This document shows positions 22,163-34,451 of a DNA stretch of 54,298 nt, piece after piece. The DNA lies in the NCBI GenBank assembly GCA_013115145.1, contig JAAPAO010000197.1, positions 1-54,298 on the forward strand, given 5' to 3'. The translations under genes and the position numbers were made by a program. Every line of letters begins with the position of its first letter. Position 1 is the stretch's first letter. The notes under the pieces were generated by a model that saw only the letters and a list, made by a program, of their open reading frames with translations, made no database searches and had not been told where the DNA came from. This stretch comes from Perkinsus chesapeaki ATCC PRA-425 (taxonomy: Eukaryota; Protista; Perkinsozoa).

Positions 22163-25119
22163 ATGTCTAGTGATATCTCCACCACTTCAAGTTCCTCTTC
22201 CCTCACTTGCATTCGAGCTGGCTGGGTCATCCAGGTCGATAGCGTCAACTCTGTCGTCACCGATGGCTGCGTCGTCTGGGACAACGAGTAGGCCTCCTCC
22301 TCTTCATCCTCTCTACAACAGCACCAACCGTCATTCCTCATCACTCAGGACCCACCGTATAGCTAACGTCTGTCCCTTCTCGGAGCTCCCTGCTGACATC
22401 GAGGTCAATGAGCATCTGCCTCATCATGCCATCATGCCCGGTCTCATCAATTGCCACACACACTCTCCCATGACGCCCCTCAGGGTAGCATAGAGGGAAT
22501 GTCGATCGATCCTATTACAGCTTCCTTTCCGGTTAGGGATACTCTGATGATCAGAACCTTCAGGACTGGCTGCAGAAGTATGTGTGGCCTGCCGAGGGAA
22601 AGTAAGTTACGGAGAAGACCCTACGATATCACCACATCGCCTCTGTCAGATTCGTATGTCCCGAGTTTGTGAAGTTAGGATCGCAGCTGGGCATATACGA
22701 GATGCTTCTCACCGGTGAGATGCTGGAACTTTGCCGATATGGCCAAGGCGTTTTCTGCGGCTCGGAATTCCCGAGCACGGAGAGAAATCTCGAAAAATTT
22801 CTCCCGACTTGAAAAAAAATTGTCCAGATTTCTCTCCGTGCTTGTTCTCCTCCTCCAATCTTGTTCCCCGCACAAATGAACTTAGCTTCTTCAAGCAGCT
22901 CCTCCTTTTTTCATTTTTTCCAGCAGCGATAATAATATGTTTCATCTCTCATGCTCCCTCCTACTGTCAGGTTCCACTACCTTCGTCGATATGTACATGT
23001 TCCCCCAGTCTGTGGCTGAAGTGGCCAATCAGGCTCACATTAGGCAAGTCCCCGAGCATATTCGCCTCACCGGTCCATTGTTGATCAGATGCTTTAATGG
23101 TGAGGCTGTCATGGACATCGGTGATGGCTCCATCGAGAAGATGATCGATGCTGCTGCGGAATATGTTAATAACAAAGGTACCATCTCATCGCCTGAAGTA
23201 ATCGCGTAATGTCGTCATCTCGTTGAAGATGTAGATAGCGTCCCTTAGCGCATCTGGCACATTCTGTTCCGAGCTCATTTTCCTGTGTGGTGATGGTGTA
23301 AACCTCATTTTCCTCAGATAACCATACCGAGATGGTGACCCCTCTCAACATAGCCCACGCCTGTTATACTGTAGGATTAGGATAACCATTATGCTATCGA
23401 TAATGCACATACTACAGGTCCCAGAGGACAAGCTGAAGAAGGTGTCGTCCATTGCCAAAGCCGCCGGCACTCGAGTCCACGTCCATCTCCACGAGTCGCA
23501 GGCGGAAGTCGACGAGTAAGCCCCCGCGTGTCTTTTCGTGCCTATGCCTCCTGCCCCCTCAGCTATATGAAGCAGCACGGTGAGTCCGCCATCGACGCCC
23601 TAACAGAAGCTGGTCTTCTCAACGACCATTTAATCGCAGCCCACTGTGTTCATATGACTGATGAGGTAAGCTAATACCATTCGAAAAATCCAACCCGCCA
23701 CGTGGGAGCCCATCGGAACATATCGTGGTTTTCGTGGACGCCGCGCGTTCATCTCTTCCCTGGCCATACATTTACTTTGCGTGAGTACCTGCATAGAAAC
23801 GGACAGGGATAGAAGAGGCGTCCTTGCTTTGACGGTCGATCATCCGAGATGTACCGCCGCTCTCTCTCAGGAAATCGCCCGCTTTGCCAAGGCCGGTGCC
23901 AACGCAGTTCACTGTCCCCGCTCCAACGCCAAGCTTGCCAGTGGTATCGCCAAGGTGAGGAAACGTGACGCTCACTATCGCGACACGTCTCTCAGGTTCA
24001 AAGGATGCTGGATGCCGGAGTTAACGTTTGTCTCGGCACAGACGGTCCATGCTGCAACAACTCCATGGACATGCTACAGGAAATGCAGTACGCCAGTCTA
24101 CTGGGGAAGGTCGCTGGTGAGAACACACAAATAAGAAAGATGCATCTCCTATCTGTTAGGGCCTAACATGAACCCAAAGAACGTTAACTGCTACACTGCT
24201 GTGCGTATGGCAACCATCAACGGTGCCAAGGCTGTTGGCAGAGAAACGGTAAGGCTGCTGCTACTGCTGCCACGTGGCAAAGGTTTGCTGCGGGAAGAAT
24301 GTGCTCGCTGTTTGTCATCGCTGCCTTCCTTTGTAGGACCTGGGCTCCTTGGAGGTCGGCAAGCTGGTCGATATGATCGCCATCGATCTCGGCCGCCTTG
24401 AGAACCAGCCAGTCTACGACCCTGTCTCATCCATAGTGTAAGTCTCAGGAACGGGTTTGTCGGAAATCTCCGGTACGGGAGAACGCGTGTGCTGAAGTCT
24501 ATAGGATGTCACTTTTGGAATTTGCGAAGTTGCTAGGGGAATGTAATGCGTCGACATGATCCGGTTCACACTAACCCGTCCAAAAGATAGTTGGTGGTCC
24601 TTCAGTTTGAGTCTTGTCTACCCGCTTTCAGGTACACCAATCAAAGACCTGTAACTGATGTTTGGATCGGCGGCAGAAGGGTAGTCCAGAGTAGAGAAGT
24701 AAGTTGAACTGGCGCGATTGCCCTGACTGTGCACCCTCGAAAATGTCAAGACAGGGTCTGGGCTTCCTCAAACTCACTCAGGAATTTCCAAATCGTGCAT
24801 TGCGGTTTTTGATCCATTTACTATCGGATGAAGGGATAACTTATGGGTAACCTCAACGGGATCTCTGAAGCTGCTGATGCTGCTCACCGAGCGATGTCCA
24901 CTATAGTATGGGAGCAATGCTATATAATGTCAAAACACCCAGCGGTTGCCTTCGTTGCGCCCGCATTCCCCTGAATTACTGCTGTTTCTGTCGTGGTGCT
25001 CGTAGGTATTGACGATGCCTAAGCCCTCTGCGGAGAAGATAGCTGCTTATCAGAAGGAGATCGCAGCGTTCAAGGCAGAGCGTGAGGCTGCCGCTGCCAC
25101 TTCTACCAACCAAGCTTAA
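22163..25119 (+). CDS. metal-dependent amidohydrolase, MtaD/TRZ-ATZ family (MTA/SAH deaminase-like), copy 1, multi-exon
   Basis: PGLINCHTHSPMTPLRG, STTFVDMY, HVHLHESQAE, IAAHCVH, VHCPRSNAKLASG, VCLGTDGPCCNNSMD, MATINGAKAVG, GSLEVGKLVDMIAID. Confidence 0.93.
22774..22842. repeat. intronic inverted repeat (perfect 17-bp arms AGCACGGAGAGAAATCT / AGATTTCTCTCCGTGCT)
   Basis: Arms at 22774-22790 and 22826-22842 are exact reverse complements, with further imperfect pairing inside. Confidence 0.9.
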
Positions 25120-25668
25120 TCCAAGCCCCTTGTGGTTCCTTTTTCACCAATGATATCGGATGGTCTAAACTGAGTTATAGCATCCCATAACTGCCCTCCT
25201 TACCTCACGTGGTTCAAGGCCAACTTCTTGTGTTAGTTCAGAGAGTGGGGCGGGGGTGGGGTGGGGCCGTTCTTACACGGCATGTTTAAATCGTCCATGG
25301 GCGGTCATAGAGAAACGCCAATTTCCGAAAGAATGCAATCAATGGCTTCTCTCTTGTTAGGAACATATCCTCTATCAAACATGCTTTCAAATTTTCGCCG
25401 TAGGAACAGTACTCCCGTGAGGTTCAATTGGTAACGAGAACCCTGAACGCTTGATGGCTACGGTCTGGCCCTGGTTACCAGGGACCCATCTAACCACCAG
25501 AAAAGTGTTACTGGAAAAAGTGTTCCCATGCGGAGGTGAAATGGATAACTCCTTAGAGACTGCTTCTAGACTGAAGACGGGTATCTACTGTATTCCTCCT
25601 GGGTACAATGTTCCTATACCACGACGTGCTCTGACTTGACCATCTGGCCAGTATTGCACATCCGCTCT

Positions 25669-27893
25669 ATGCCCTCAAATGACTCTCCTTACTACTGCCT
25701 GAGGGCTCCCTATGTTATAACAGTCAATGCCGAAGATAACATCCTTGAAGATGGTTGTGTCGTATGGGACAGGCAGTAAGCTCTCCCATGCCCTCACCGT
25801 GGTGACCTCATCGCTCAGGACCAATAGAATCACGCATGTGTGCCGCATCGGCGATCTACCCAACCACATAGCCGTCGATGAGTACCTTGAGCAGCATGTT
25901 CTTATACCGGGGCTTATCAACTGCCACACCCACGTGGCGATGACCTTACTTAGAGTCCGTTTCTCCACTCTTGAGGACTTGTCTCAAGAAAAGACATCGT
26001 CCGCTTCAGGGCTTCGCTGACGATTTGGAGCTGATGGACTGGCTTGATCATTATATATGGCCCGCCGAGAAGAAGTGCGAATCTACTTGCACGCATTTCC
26101 GCAGCAGCCTCTCAGGTTCATGTCGAAGGAATATATAACCTTAGGAACGCAAATGGGTGTTTATGAGATGCTAAAAACGGGTAAGTCCAAGATGGGCTCA
26201 AGAAGATGGCATCTAGCCGCTTGTCAGGGACGACTTGCTTCCTTGATATGTACTTTATGCCGACCGACACTACAGACGTCACAGTTGCTGCTGGGATCAG
26301 GTGGGCACGGGCAGCGGGCCCTCCGTGGAGTGGGGTGGAGATAGTTTCCCGGAGATTCGGAATAGAGTATAAGTGTACGCTTTGATTGGGGTTTGGCGAT
26401 CCATGTATTGTACATGTCAAATTGTACTTACCTCTGTTAGATGCTTCAACGGCCAGGCATTAATCGACTTCGGTGACGGCTCGGTAGACGGCCTCATTGA
26501 TGTTGCTAGGGATTACCTTGACAACGGTAGGTCTCGTCCTTCAAAGCACAAGAGAGTCCTTTAACGATACTGATTATGTGCCCCGTCTGTCAGCTCCGTC
26601 CCCTCTAGTTGAGCCAGTTATCTGCCCACATTCCTGCTACACTGTGAGCTAGTAGCATCTGCTAGCATCACAGCACTACTTTAATAGGTGCCCAAAGACA
26701 AGCTGCAGAAGCTGTCCGATATGGTAGCTGATCGAGGAGATAAGGCACCGGTGATCACCCACATACATCTGCACGAAACAGCAGGGGAAGTGGCAGAGTA
26801 CGCCAGCAGCCCTTATCAAACAAGATATGCTACTCGACTAGGTACCGTCAGAAAAACGGAGAATCTGCAATCGACACGTTGAAGTCTGTGGGGCTGCTGA
26901 ACAGGAACACTGTAGCGGCTCACTGTGTGCATCTGACAGATGAAGTGATGTAAATCTTCTCAATTCCAATGCTATCTTCACAGATGTAGGAGATCAGTCA
27001 GCTGGCCAAGGCCCAAGCGAATGCTGCCCACTGCCCTCGGTCGAACCTGAAGCTAGCCAGCGGAATGTCGCCAGTACCAGTCACTAGCAGCGGCGGCATG
27101 AACCGTGGTGGCAGGTCCAACGACTGATCGATGCCGGAGTTAATGTCTGCCTCGGAACTGACTCCGCGTGCTCTAACAACTCCCTCTGTATGCTTGAGGA
27201 GATGCAATTTGCCAGTCTCGTTGGAAAGCTGAGTCGGCCACTGCCGATGCCTCTGCGACACTCCCCCGTCAGGCAGTGGCAATAATGCTCGAAATGTCAA
27301 CTGCCACACCGCGCTGCGTATGGCCACTATAAACGGGGCCAAGGCCCTCGGCAAGGAGAAGGCAATACTTTTTGAAGCCCTCTGTAGTGGAGCTTCCTGG
27401 TGGTTTAGGACCTAGGCTCACTGGAGGTTGGCAAGCTCGCTGATATCGTCGCAGTGGACTTAGGCCACATCGGCAGCCTTCCCATCTACGACCCAGTCTC
27501 AGCCCTAGTGTAACGCAGGGCTGGTATTGGATTCATTTCGATAAGTATTTGTAATTAATGTATTACTGTGCTCAACTTGAAGTTCTCTGATTCACCCACG
27601 CAATCACCGAAAAGTGTTCTCAGCGGCGGCGCTCTATAACCTCAAAGGTACACAAACGAGAGGACCGTCAGCGATGTCTGGATCAATGGCAATAGAGTCG
27701 TGAAGGAGTCACTGGTAGCCACCCTCTGTTCTTTCCATGGGTGCTCTCGAGATGCTGTCAGGTAACGACAATTCCGCGTCCTGACGCCAATCACATCGAG
27801 CAGTTCCGTCGACGGTTAATGAAGTTCAAGCGAGAGGAATGTGGCTCGCGAGTTCGGAGACATTCTCATCACTTCCAGGATGAAGACACCTAA
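25669..27893 (+). CDS. metal-dependent amidohydrolase, MtaD/TRZ-ATZ family, copy 2, multi-exon
   Basis: DGCVVWD, PGLINCHTHVAMTLLRG, HIHLHETAGE, VAAHCVHL, AHCPRSNLKLASG, VCLGTDSACSNNSL, MATINGAKALG, GSLEVGKLADIVAVD. Confidence 0.93.
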
Positions 27894-28128
27894 TTTTTTC
27901 AAGATGCGCTGGAATTTCTCAGCATGTAGGCTTTTCCTCGGCAGGATCGTGATTCTCCTTTCCACTCCCTCCTCCGGAACTTGAGTTGAAGTTTAAACCC
28001 ACTCAAAGCAATACTATCTGCCTTTAACTTTTTACACCACTTCCTGATTTTATACCGCTCCGCCCTCGCCCCTTCTTCCTCGCCTCTCTCAGCTTCTGTG
28101 TCCCCCTTGATGCCCTTCTGGTACTCCT

Positions 28129-31100
28129 ATGGTACGCAGCCATCGTCGTAGCGCATACGCTGCGAAGCTCTTCGCAGCGGAAGAGTCCCGGCGGAACGAT
28201 CCCGCCGACCAGCCCTTCACTGGCCGCCTCACCATGGCCTTATTGCGGCATGACGCTGGTGACTACGCCGGCATGCCCTTCGTGGTCTCCGGGCCAATCC
28301 TTGATCTGGACGAAGACTACGTCATAGGGTACCTGATCATGAGGCACTACGGTTCTTTTTATCCTAGCGTTTCAGATGCCACGTAAAGTTGGTGAATCCG
28401 GCGACATGCTCTGTCTCACTCCTCGGCTGGGTATCATCAGCTTGCTGCTATCGGACACTCGAGAAGCATCCTGCCAACGTATCTGGAAGTAAGAACAACT
28501 TCTACTGAAATCATTGCCGTTTGCATCTATCACGCACTCTCATTCACAGTTAGCCTCACTTACGCTTCCACCACTCCCGCATACTAACCCGACCCCGTTC
28601 AAACGTGTATTGCCTTTCTCAGACCACTACGTAGTATCCGTTTCTAATCGGCTGGCCGAGAGCGTTGGCCTCTCCAGAGACGTCAAAGAGGTCTTCGTAA
28701 GTGTCTTTTATCGTCGAGTCTGCTACTAAGTTCTCTCAGCTCGAAAAGTTATCGCCAAACGAGCACTCGCGGACGAACAGTTGGCCGACGCTAGAATCGG
28801 TCGAGATTATCATTCGCAGCCGCTTCCTCAGCAAGCGAGATGTTTGGCGCTTCCAGCTGAAGCTTCTTGGCGCCGTGGTCTACAACAACTTAGCGCCGCC
28901 TTTCGCGGACTCTCTGTACTGCGCAGAGGTCGTCGGTATGTCCTCGAATCCAGCGCCGGTTAGCCCTTCCAAAATGAGACGAGCAGTGGCCGGTGAGTAA
29001 CCTCTCACAGCTGCTGCCCTCATGACTATCAGCGTACCAATTTCAGGTCCTACGTCAACTCACCTGCTGAACTCTTGTGGCATCGTCGGCAGCCAGACGA
29101 AGGTCGTCTTCCGTACAATGAGCTCCCACATGAACATCTACATCCACCTATCTTGGGAAATGTGGTGCTTCGCCCAAGACGGCCGACCCCACTATGAGCG
29201 AGCTCTCTCCTTCCTCATCAATCTCCTCGCCGGCATGCGCAAGGCTGGCACCATGTGCAACCACTATCTCACCATCCTAACAGCCATTCGACTACAACCT
29301 ATCACCGCAGCGGGCATCGAGGAACCTACGGGCCGCGATGGCGAGTTCGTTTTCGACGACTACTACGATGTCCTCTATGACGGCATGACCTCAAAGCTCG
29401 ACGCTGGGGAGCTCGTTCGAGGCCTCAGGAAGATGTTCCTACAGTTCCCCGAGGAGATCGGGTGGACGCCGCCCTGCTTCCCAAATAAGAGCCATTTTTC
29501 TAGTAACAACTGCACACTGTATCATGCTTTATGATGGCACTTATTCAGGGCAATCTTCTACGGCCAACACGTCTTACTGTTTTTCACCTCACAAGCGGTC
29601 GAGCTCCATGATGGCAGTCAGTTCGTGCGGCAACGGTGAGAGCCACACTGCCCCATCTTGCCAATATCTCAATCGAGCTCTTGGGAGTGTGCCCCTCAGA
29701 TTCCTCGAACTCTACTTGTGGAGTTAGATTCGACCTTGACCTGCAGAACTGGGAGAGGTCAGACTACCCTCGAAGCGGCTGGGTGCCAGCGAGATGCCGC
29801 GACTCGAACGTGCTCGAATGCATCTCATTGAGCGCCGATCAATTCGACCAGAATCATCTCGACAGGAAGCTTTATACTACCGGCCAAGAAGTACGCCTAT
29901 TACAACAACTAGCTTCAGCCTTTCTCTGGTTGCTGAATCCCTCGCTCTCAGGTGGTCGTAGTTGCCGCCACCGACGGTGTTTTCCGTGCCACTTGTGAGC
30001 CTCGAGAGGACTACGTTGAGTGTCTCAAAAGGAAGTGTCTACAAGGCGTGTTCAGCGCCAAAGTGATCTGTCTGAGGCCCCCACCGATGAACCAAGTAGA
30101 CCGCCATGTCACCTCCCTCATCTGGCCATAGCCACTGGCAGGCGCCCATCATTCTCATATCGAAGGATCAATCCACAGCAATCAGAAGTCGCAGGCCGCG
30201 CAACGCCGAAATGAAACGGCTCGGAGAACAGTAGCACCTCCTCCTCCTCCTCGGCGCGGTCTAGTTCGACGTGCCTGTATCTCAGAGGTTCCTGGCTTCA
30301 TGCGCACTTTGACGTCTATGATGCATCGTGGCTGCATATTCAATATTATCCCTCCGAGGAGAAGTGCTGCAGCTCCAGGATGCGCTTTCGCGGTGAGCTG
30401 CCTAATCATCATCAGTCGCTATGACCATCTCCCTTCAGGATTTCTGCACTCCTCCTTGACGCCCCTTTTGTACAACTGTCGTGAACAGCAAATTAAGATG
30501 AACGTCATGCCCTTCACCAAGCTGTGGACCAAGGTCACTTGCACCTCCCCCAACGCCGGCCCCGATCTGTCTTCAGGCGGACTGCTCCATCATTCCGGAT
30601 AATCACCAAAGCGATGAAAGCGATGACGACATGCTAGCCGAGGCTGACGACACCTTCGATACTGCCATCGTTGATGCCCCGCTGTCCCTTGGCAACTTGC
30701 GTACAGCGCAAACACCGGAAGGGGCCCTAGCCAACAACTCTCCTATAACACCCAAATCCAACGCCTACTACGGGACAGTTTCAGCCACGACCTACTCTCG
30801 AGAGAGCAGCTACACGTCCCGTATGATCACCGAGCTCTCTGCATTCAAGGTGTCTCCACGCGCCCCTCGGCTCTCCAGTAGCTGCTTCCTCAGGCGACCA
30901 AGAAGAGCCTGACGCAATTTGCGCACATCAGCACTCGTCGCTACCACAACCACCAACAGCAGCTCCCCGTACCGTTTCCTAACACGCGCACGTCCAGCAG
31001 TAACCTGCAGCGATGCTCAACTATCTGCCCACCGCTGCTGCCGACTCGGTTCGGCTCCCTCTTAGATGACGTAAGGCTACCGGTCGTCCCGTCCTTTCCT

Positions 31101-34100
31101 ATTCCTTTCAAGGTGCAAATGTCGCAGTTCGTCATACCACAGCTGCAGCGGATAGTTCTCGAAACCAACAAGCGCATCGAGCAGAACTCTCAGATGCAGG
31201 TGGACAACTGGGTGGTTACCAGCGAGGAGAGCGTCCGTATGTCGATGATGCTGGTGGGTCCCCCTTGTCCACTGTGCAGCCTTCATGCCCTGGTCTAGGC
31301 CAAGCATCACCTCGACGTCCGCCGTATGCAGCTGATGCGCGGAAGAGGCGCCCCAGCAGCTCGAGCAGCCCTGCCGCTGCCTCCGGTGAGTAGCCCCAGT
31401 GTACCATATCGCAGTCTTGCCTCTACCTCAGTCATCGGTTGGCGGACACTCTCCGGCGTTGGCCAAGTCGCACTCCCTGGCACGGATGCAACAGATCAAT
31501 CGAACCATGCACGAGCTCATTGGTAGGAATATTCACTATTGAAGATTATCATTTCCCTTGACTAGGCGTCCGGCTGGCCATGGGTCACCAGCTCATCGAG
31601 GACAGACAGCAGAGTTGGTCCATATATATTGCCAATGTCCAAATGAACGGCATTGACTCCAGCTGGAAGCTAGAGCAGTTTGAGGATGGTGGCAACAACA
31701 TACTGGTCACTAAGTAAGCCACCCTAGCCACTTTGGGAAATATTCATATTTAACAAATAGAATCAACATTATCCACGGCCTTAGTTAGACCCTTCGATAG
31801 AGTTCTATCAGGAGTGTCTATAACGTGACTAGATACAAGCCGTTGATGCTGGACCCGAGCAGTACTGCTGCGGGTAGCTCGCGGAGCCGTATACCTCCCA
31901 CAGCAGGATACAGCCGTATGCCATCGAACCTTTCAGCTGCATCGCCCAAAGGTAAGGCCCTTCTGATTCCCACTCCTCGCTTCTCCCAAGAGATCTGTTC
32001 AGACCATCAGCTCGCGCGCCCGAACTCTTTGGTGCCAGCAGCGCCCCAAAACCGGCGGAATTCAGCGATAGATGCCTCAGAGGCGCCGGTGCCGCAGCAC
32101 CCGGCGAAGGTGAAGGAGCGCATTCTAGCGACCAAGTAGGGTGTCTTCGTAAGCTCCATTCGAAGCACCTGTCCAGGTATAAATATTACCTTCGACGACG
32201 GCCAGGTCTGTCCAACTGCTCTGGCTGCAACTCGGCCTTTGCGCCCCCAGGTGACAACAGCTGTGATGATCTCAGGAAGCAGAGCGGCGAGGCTATTTCA
32301 CCGAGAAATGTGTCGCTAAATGGATGTAAGAAGCGCTTCTCCCGGCGTCTAGTTTCCTCCTTTGCAGGTCCCGATTGTGAACGGTTCTCTCGCAGCTACT
32401 TTATCCACACCCGAAAGTGGCTGCACAACTCCATGCATGAGTTCCCTTGGAACAGCCTCGACATGCTAGTGTCCCAGCAGTCTCCGAAGATCCCCAATAT
32501 AGTGCGTAGCCCTCCTTCTTATCTATTCCTCACTACCGACTGCCCGCCAGGTCCCTCCGGCACTCAAGGCCGACAGCGACGGTCCCCACGAGCTTCGGTG
32601 GCTATTACGATCTGCCCTGAAGACTCTGGTAGCCAGTTCGGGCGAGGCACTTATTTTCATTTTTCTCCTTTCTAGATGTTTGCACTTGTCCCCTCGGAGC
32701 CGGACTTCTCGCATGAGACTTTCCTACGAGACATTCCCGAGGGCCACGGCGTCGACTCTGATCCGTTCAACGACGACGCCAGGAGCCACCGTCGCGGCGA
32801 CTGCGATGCTAATCTGGTGGAGAGATTCAGAGCTTGGAAATACAAAGTGAGGAGTGCCACAGTGTAGATGGTAGCTGGGTGTTTTGCAGGTCGAAACACA
32901 ATGCGGCATTCCGCTTATTCCTGTCCGAGTTGACCGTCATACCGACCCGCGAGCTCGAGGCAGCAACGGCAGCAGCACATGCAGTTTTGGGGCCTACGCT
33001 ACGATGTCCGTCAGAGTCAACGTTCGCAACAGTCATCTGTTCACCCCGAATGATTCAATAAATGGATCCTGGGGTGGCCTTGACGAGAAGAAGGAATTGT
33101 GCAGAGACTGGCTGCAGCTTAATTTCGACGAGAGCTTCCAGCCTCCCAGGTGAGGATCAGGGCCCGTTAGCCTCGTATAAATGTGTTGCTCGGGGGGTCA
33201 AAATGTGGTTCCAGGGTAGACATTCTGCTGGAAAAATGTTCCTTAAACAAAAGGAAACCTTTGGTGGCTGACCTTTTTCGGGAATATCCAACATTCCTCC
33301 ATGAGTCCCTAAGGAGAACCACGACAGATCACCTCTCCTTCACGCAACTTCCATTTTGGGAACTTTGAAATAATTATACTTTCTTCAGGCTCTTCCTTCT
33401 ATCAATCGATTGGGTGACCTGCCATGCCAACTACGTGGTCCAGATAGTCGATAAGCTTGCCCAGTGTGCGGCCGAGGAAGGGTTCACCTTGGTATGCCTC
33501 CCCCGTTGAATCCAGTTTGATTCTCCCTTCTCAGGTCGAGCTGCCAGTAGCCCAGCTGTTCCCTCAGCCAGTGCCGTCCCCACTATGGAGCGAAGACCGT
33601 GAGCTGTGCTTTCACCGTCCACCTTTCAATCGTCGTATAACCTTTCAATTTCCTCCTGATGTCTCGTCCAGCACCACTACTGCATTCCACAAAAGGCTTC
33701 TCTATGACCTATGCACTGGACTGGACTTGCTCGTCTGCTTCTTTTGCGAGGACAGGAGGCTAAAAGAGGTCAGCCTGCCTTCATCGTTGTTCGTTATTCG
33801 CGGCGATTATGGCTTCTTCGTCACGCTTGTCGTATTCGGTAGCGATTGCAGACAGTAGATCGAACAGGTTTGAATAAATGATAATAGCAAGGTCTCCGCG
33901 TATTGTGTAGCGACATTGCTATGGTTTTTGTTGCTTAATCCGACTAAGTTCACAGAAAGTGTTTTAGGTAGCCGTTGACACCGATGAGGACGGTCATGAA
34001 GCTAAGAACCTCGACCGCCGAGTTAAGCAACTTGATAGTCGCCTTACCGGATGGACAACAATGAACCGCGAAGGCACATTTTTCGTGGCGATTCGGCCAG

Positions 34101-34339
34101 GTCGACTGGACTGGTATGAGAGTTACCTCACAGCACACGAAGCTGGCGCGCTCTCACTGAAGCGCATCCGTGAGCGCAGCCGTGCCAGTGTGAGCCAACA
34201 TGAGAGAGCCTTTGCCAAGATGAAGAGCATTCTCCACACTGACTTGGTGAGGTTTAGAGAAGAGGAGCACAGAATGTCTCCAACGCGAATTGAAGAGGAT
34301 AACTTCATTGTTCGTCGCACCGCCAGCTTGCCCAAATAA
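28129..34339 (+). CDS. DEPDC5: DEPDC5/IML1 (GATOR1/SEACIT subunit), multi-exon; start approximate
   Basis: RFLSKRDVWRFQLKL, QTKVVFRTMSSHMNIYIHLSWEMWCFAQDGRPHYERA, NVLECISLS..HLDRKLYTTGQ, FPWNSLDMLV, SIDWVTC..AAEEGFTL, MNREGTFFVAI mirror IML1/DEPDC5 blocks in order. Confidence 0.9.
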
Positions 34340-34451
34340 CCGTTATCATTTCTATTACATTTGCGTTCCTTCGGTATTATAAGCATTTCTGATCGCCTTC
34401 GGTGTCGAGTTGCCCCAGTCTCTGCTGCCACGCCGGACAGCCCCATTAGAA

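Noticed and set aside
25410-25490. tRNA-like D-arm string GGTTCAATTGGTA
   Set aside because: No acceptor stem or TTCRA T-loop; cannot fold a cloverleaf
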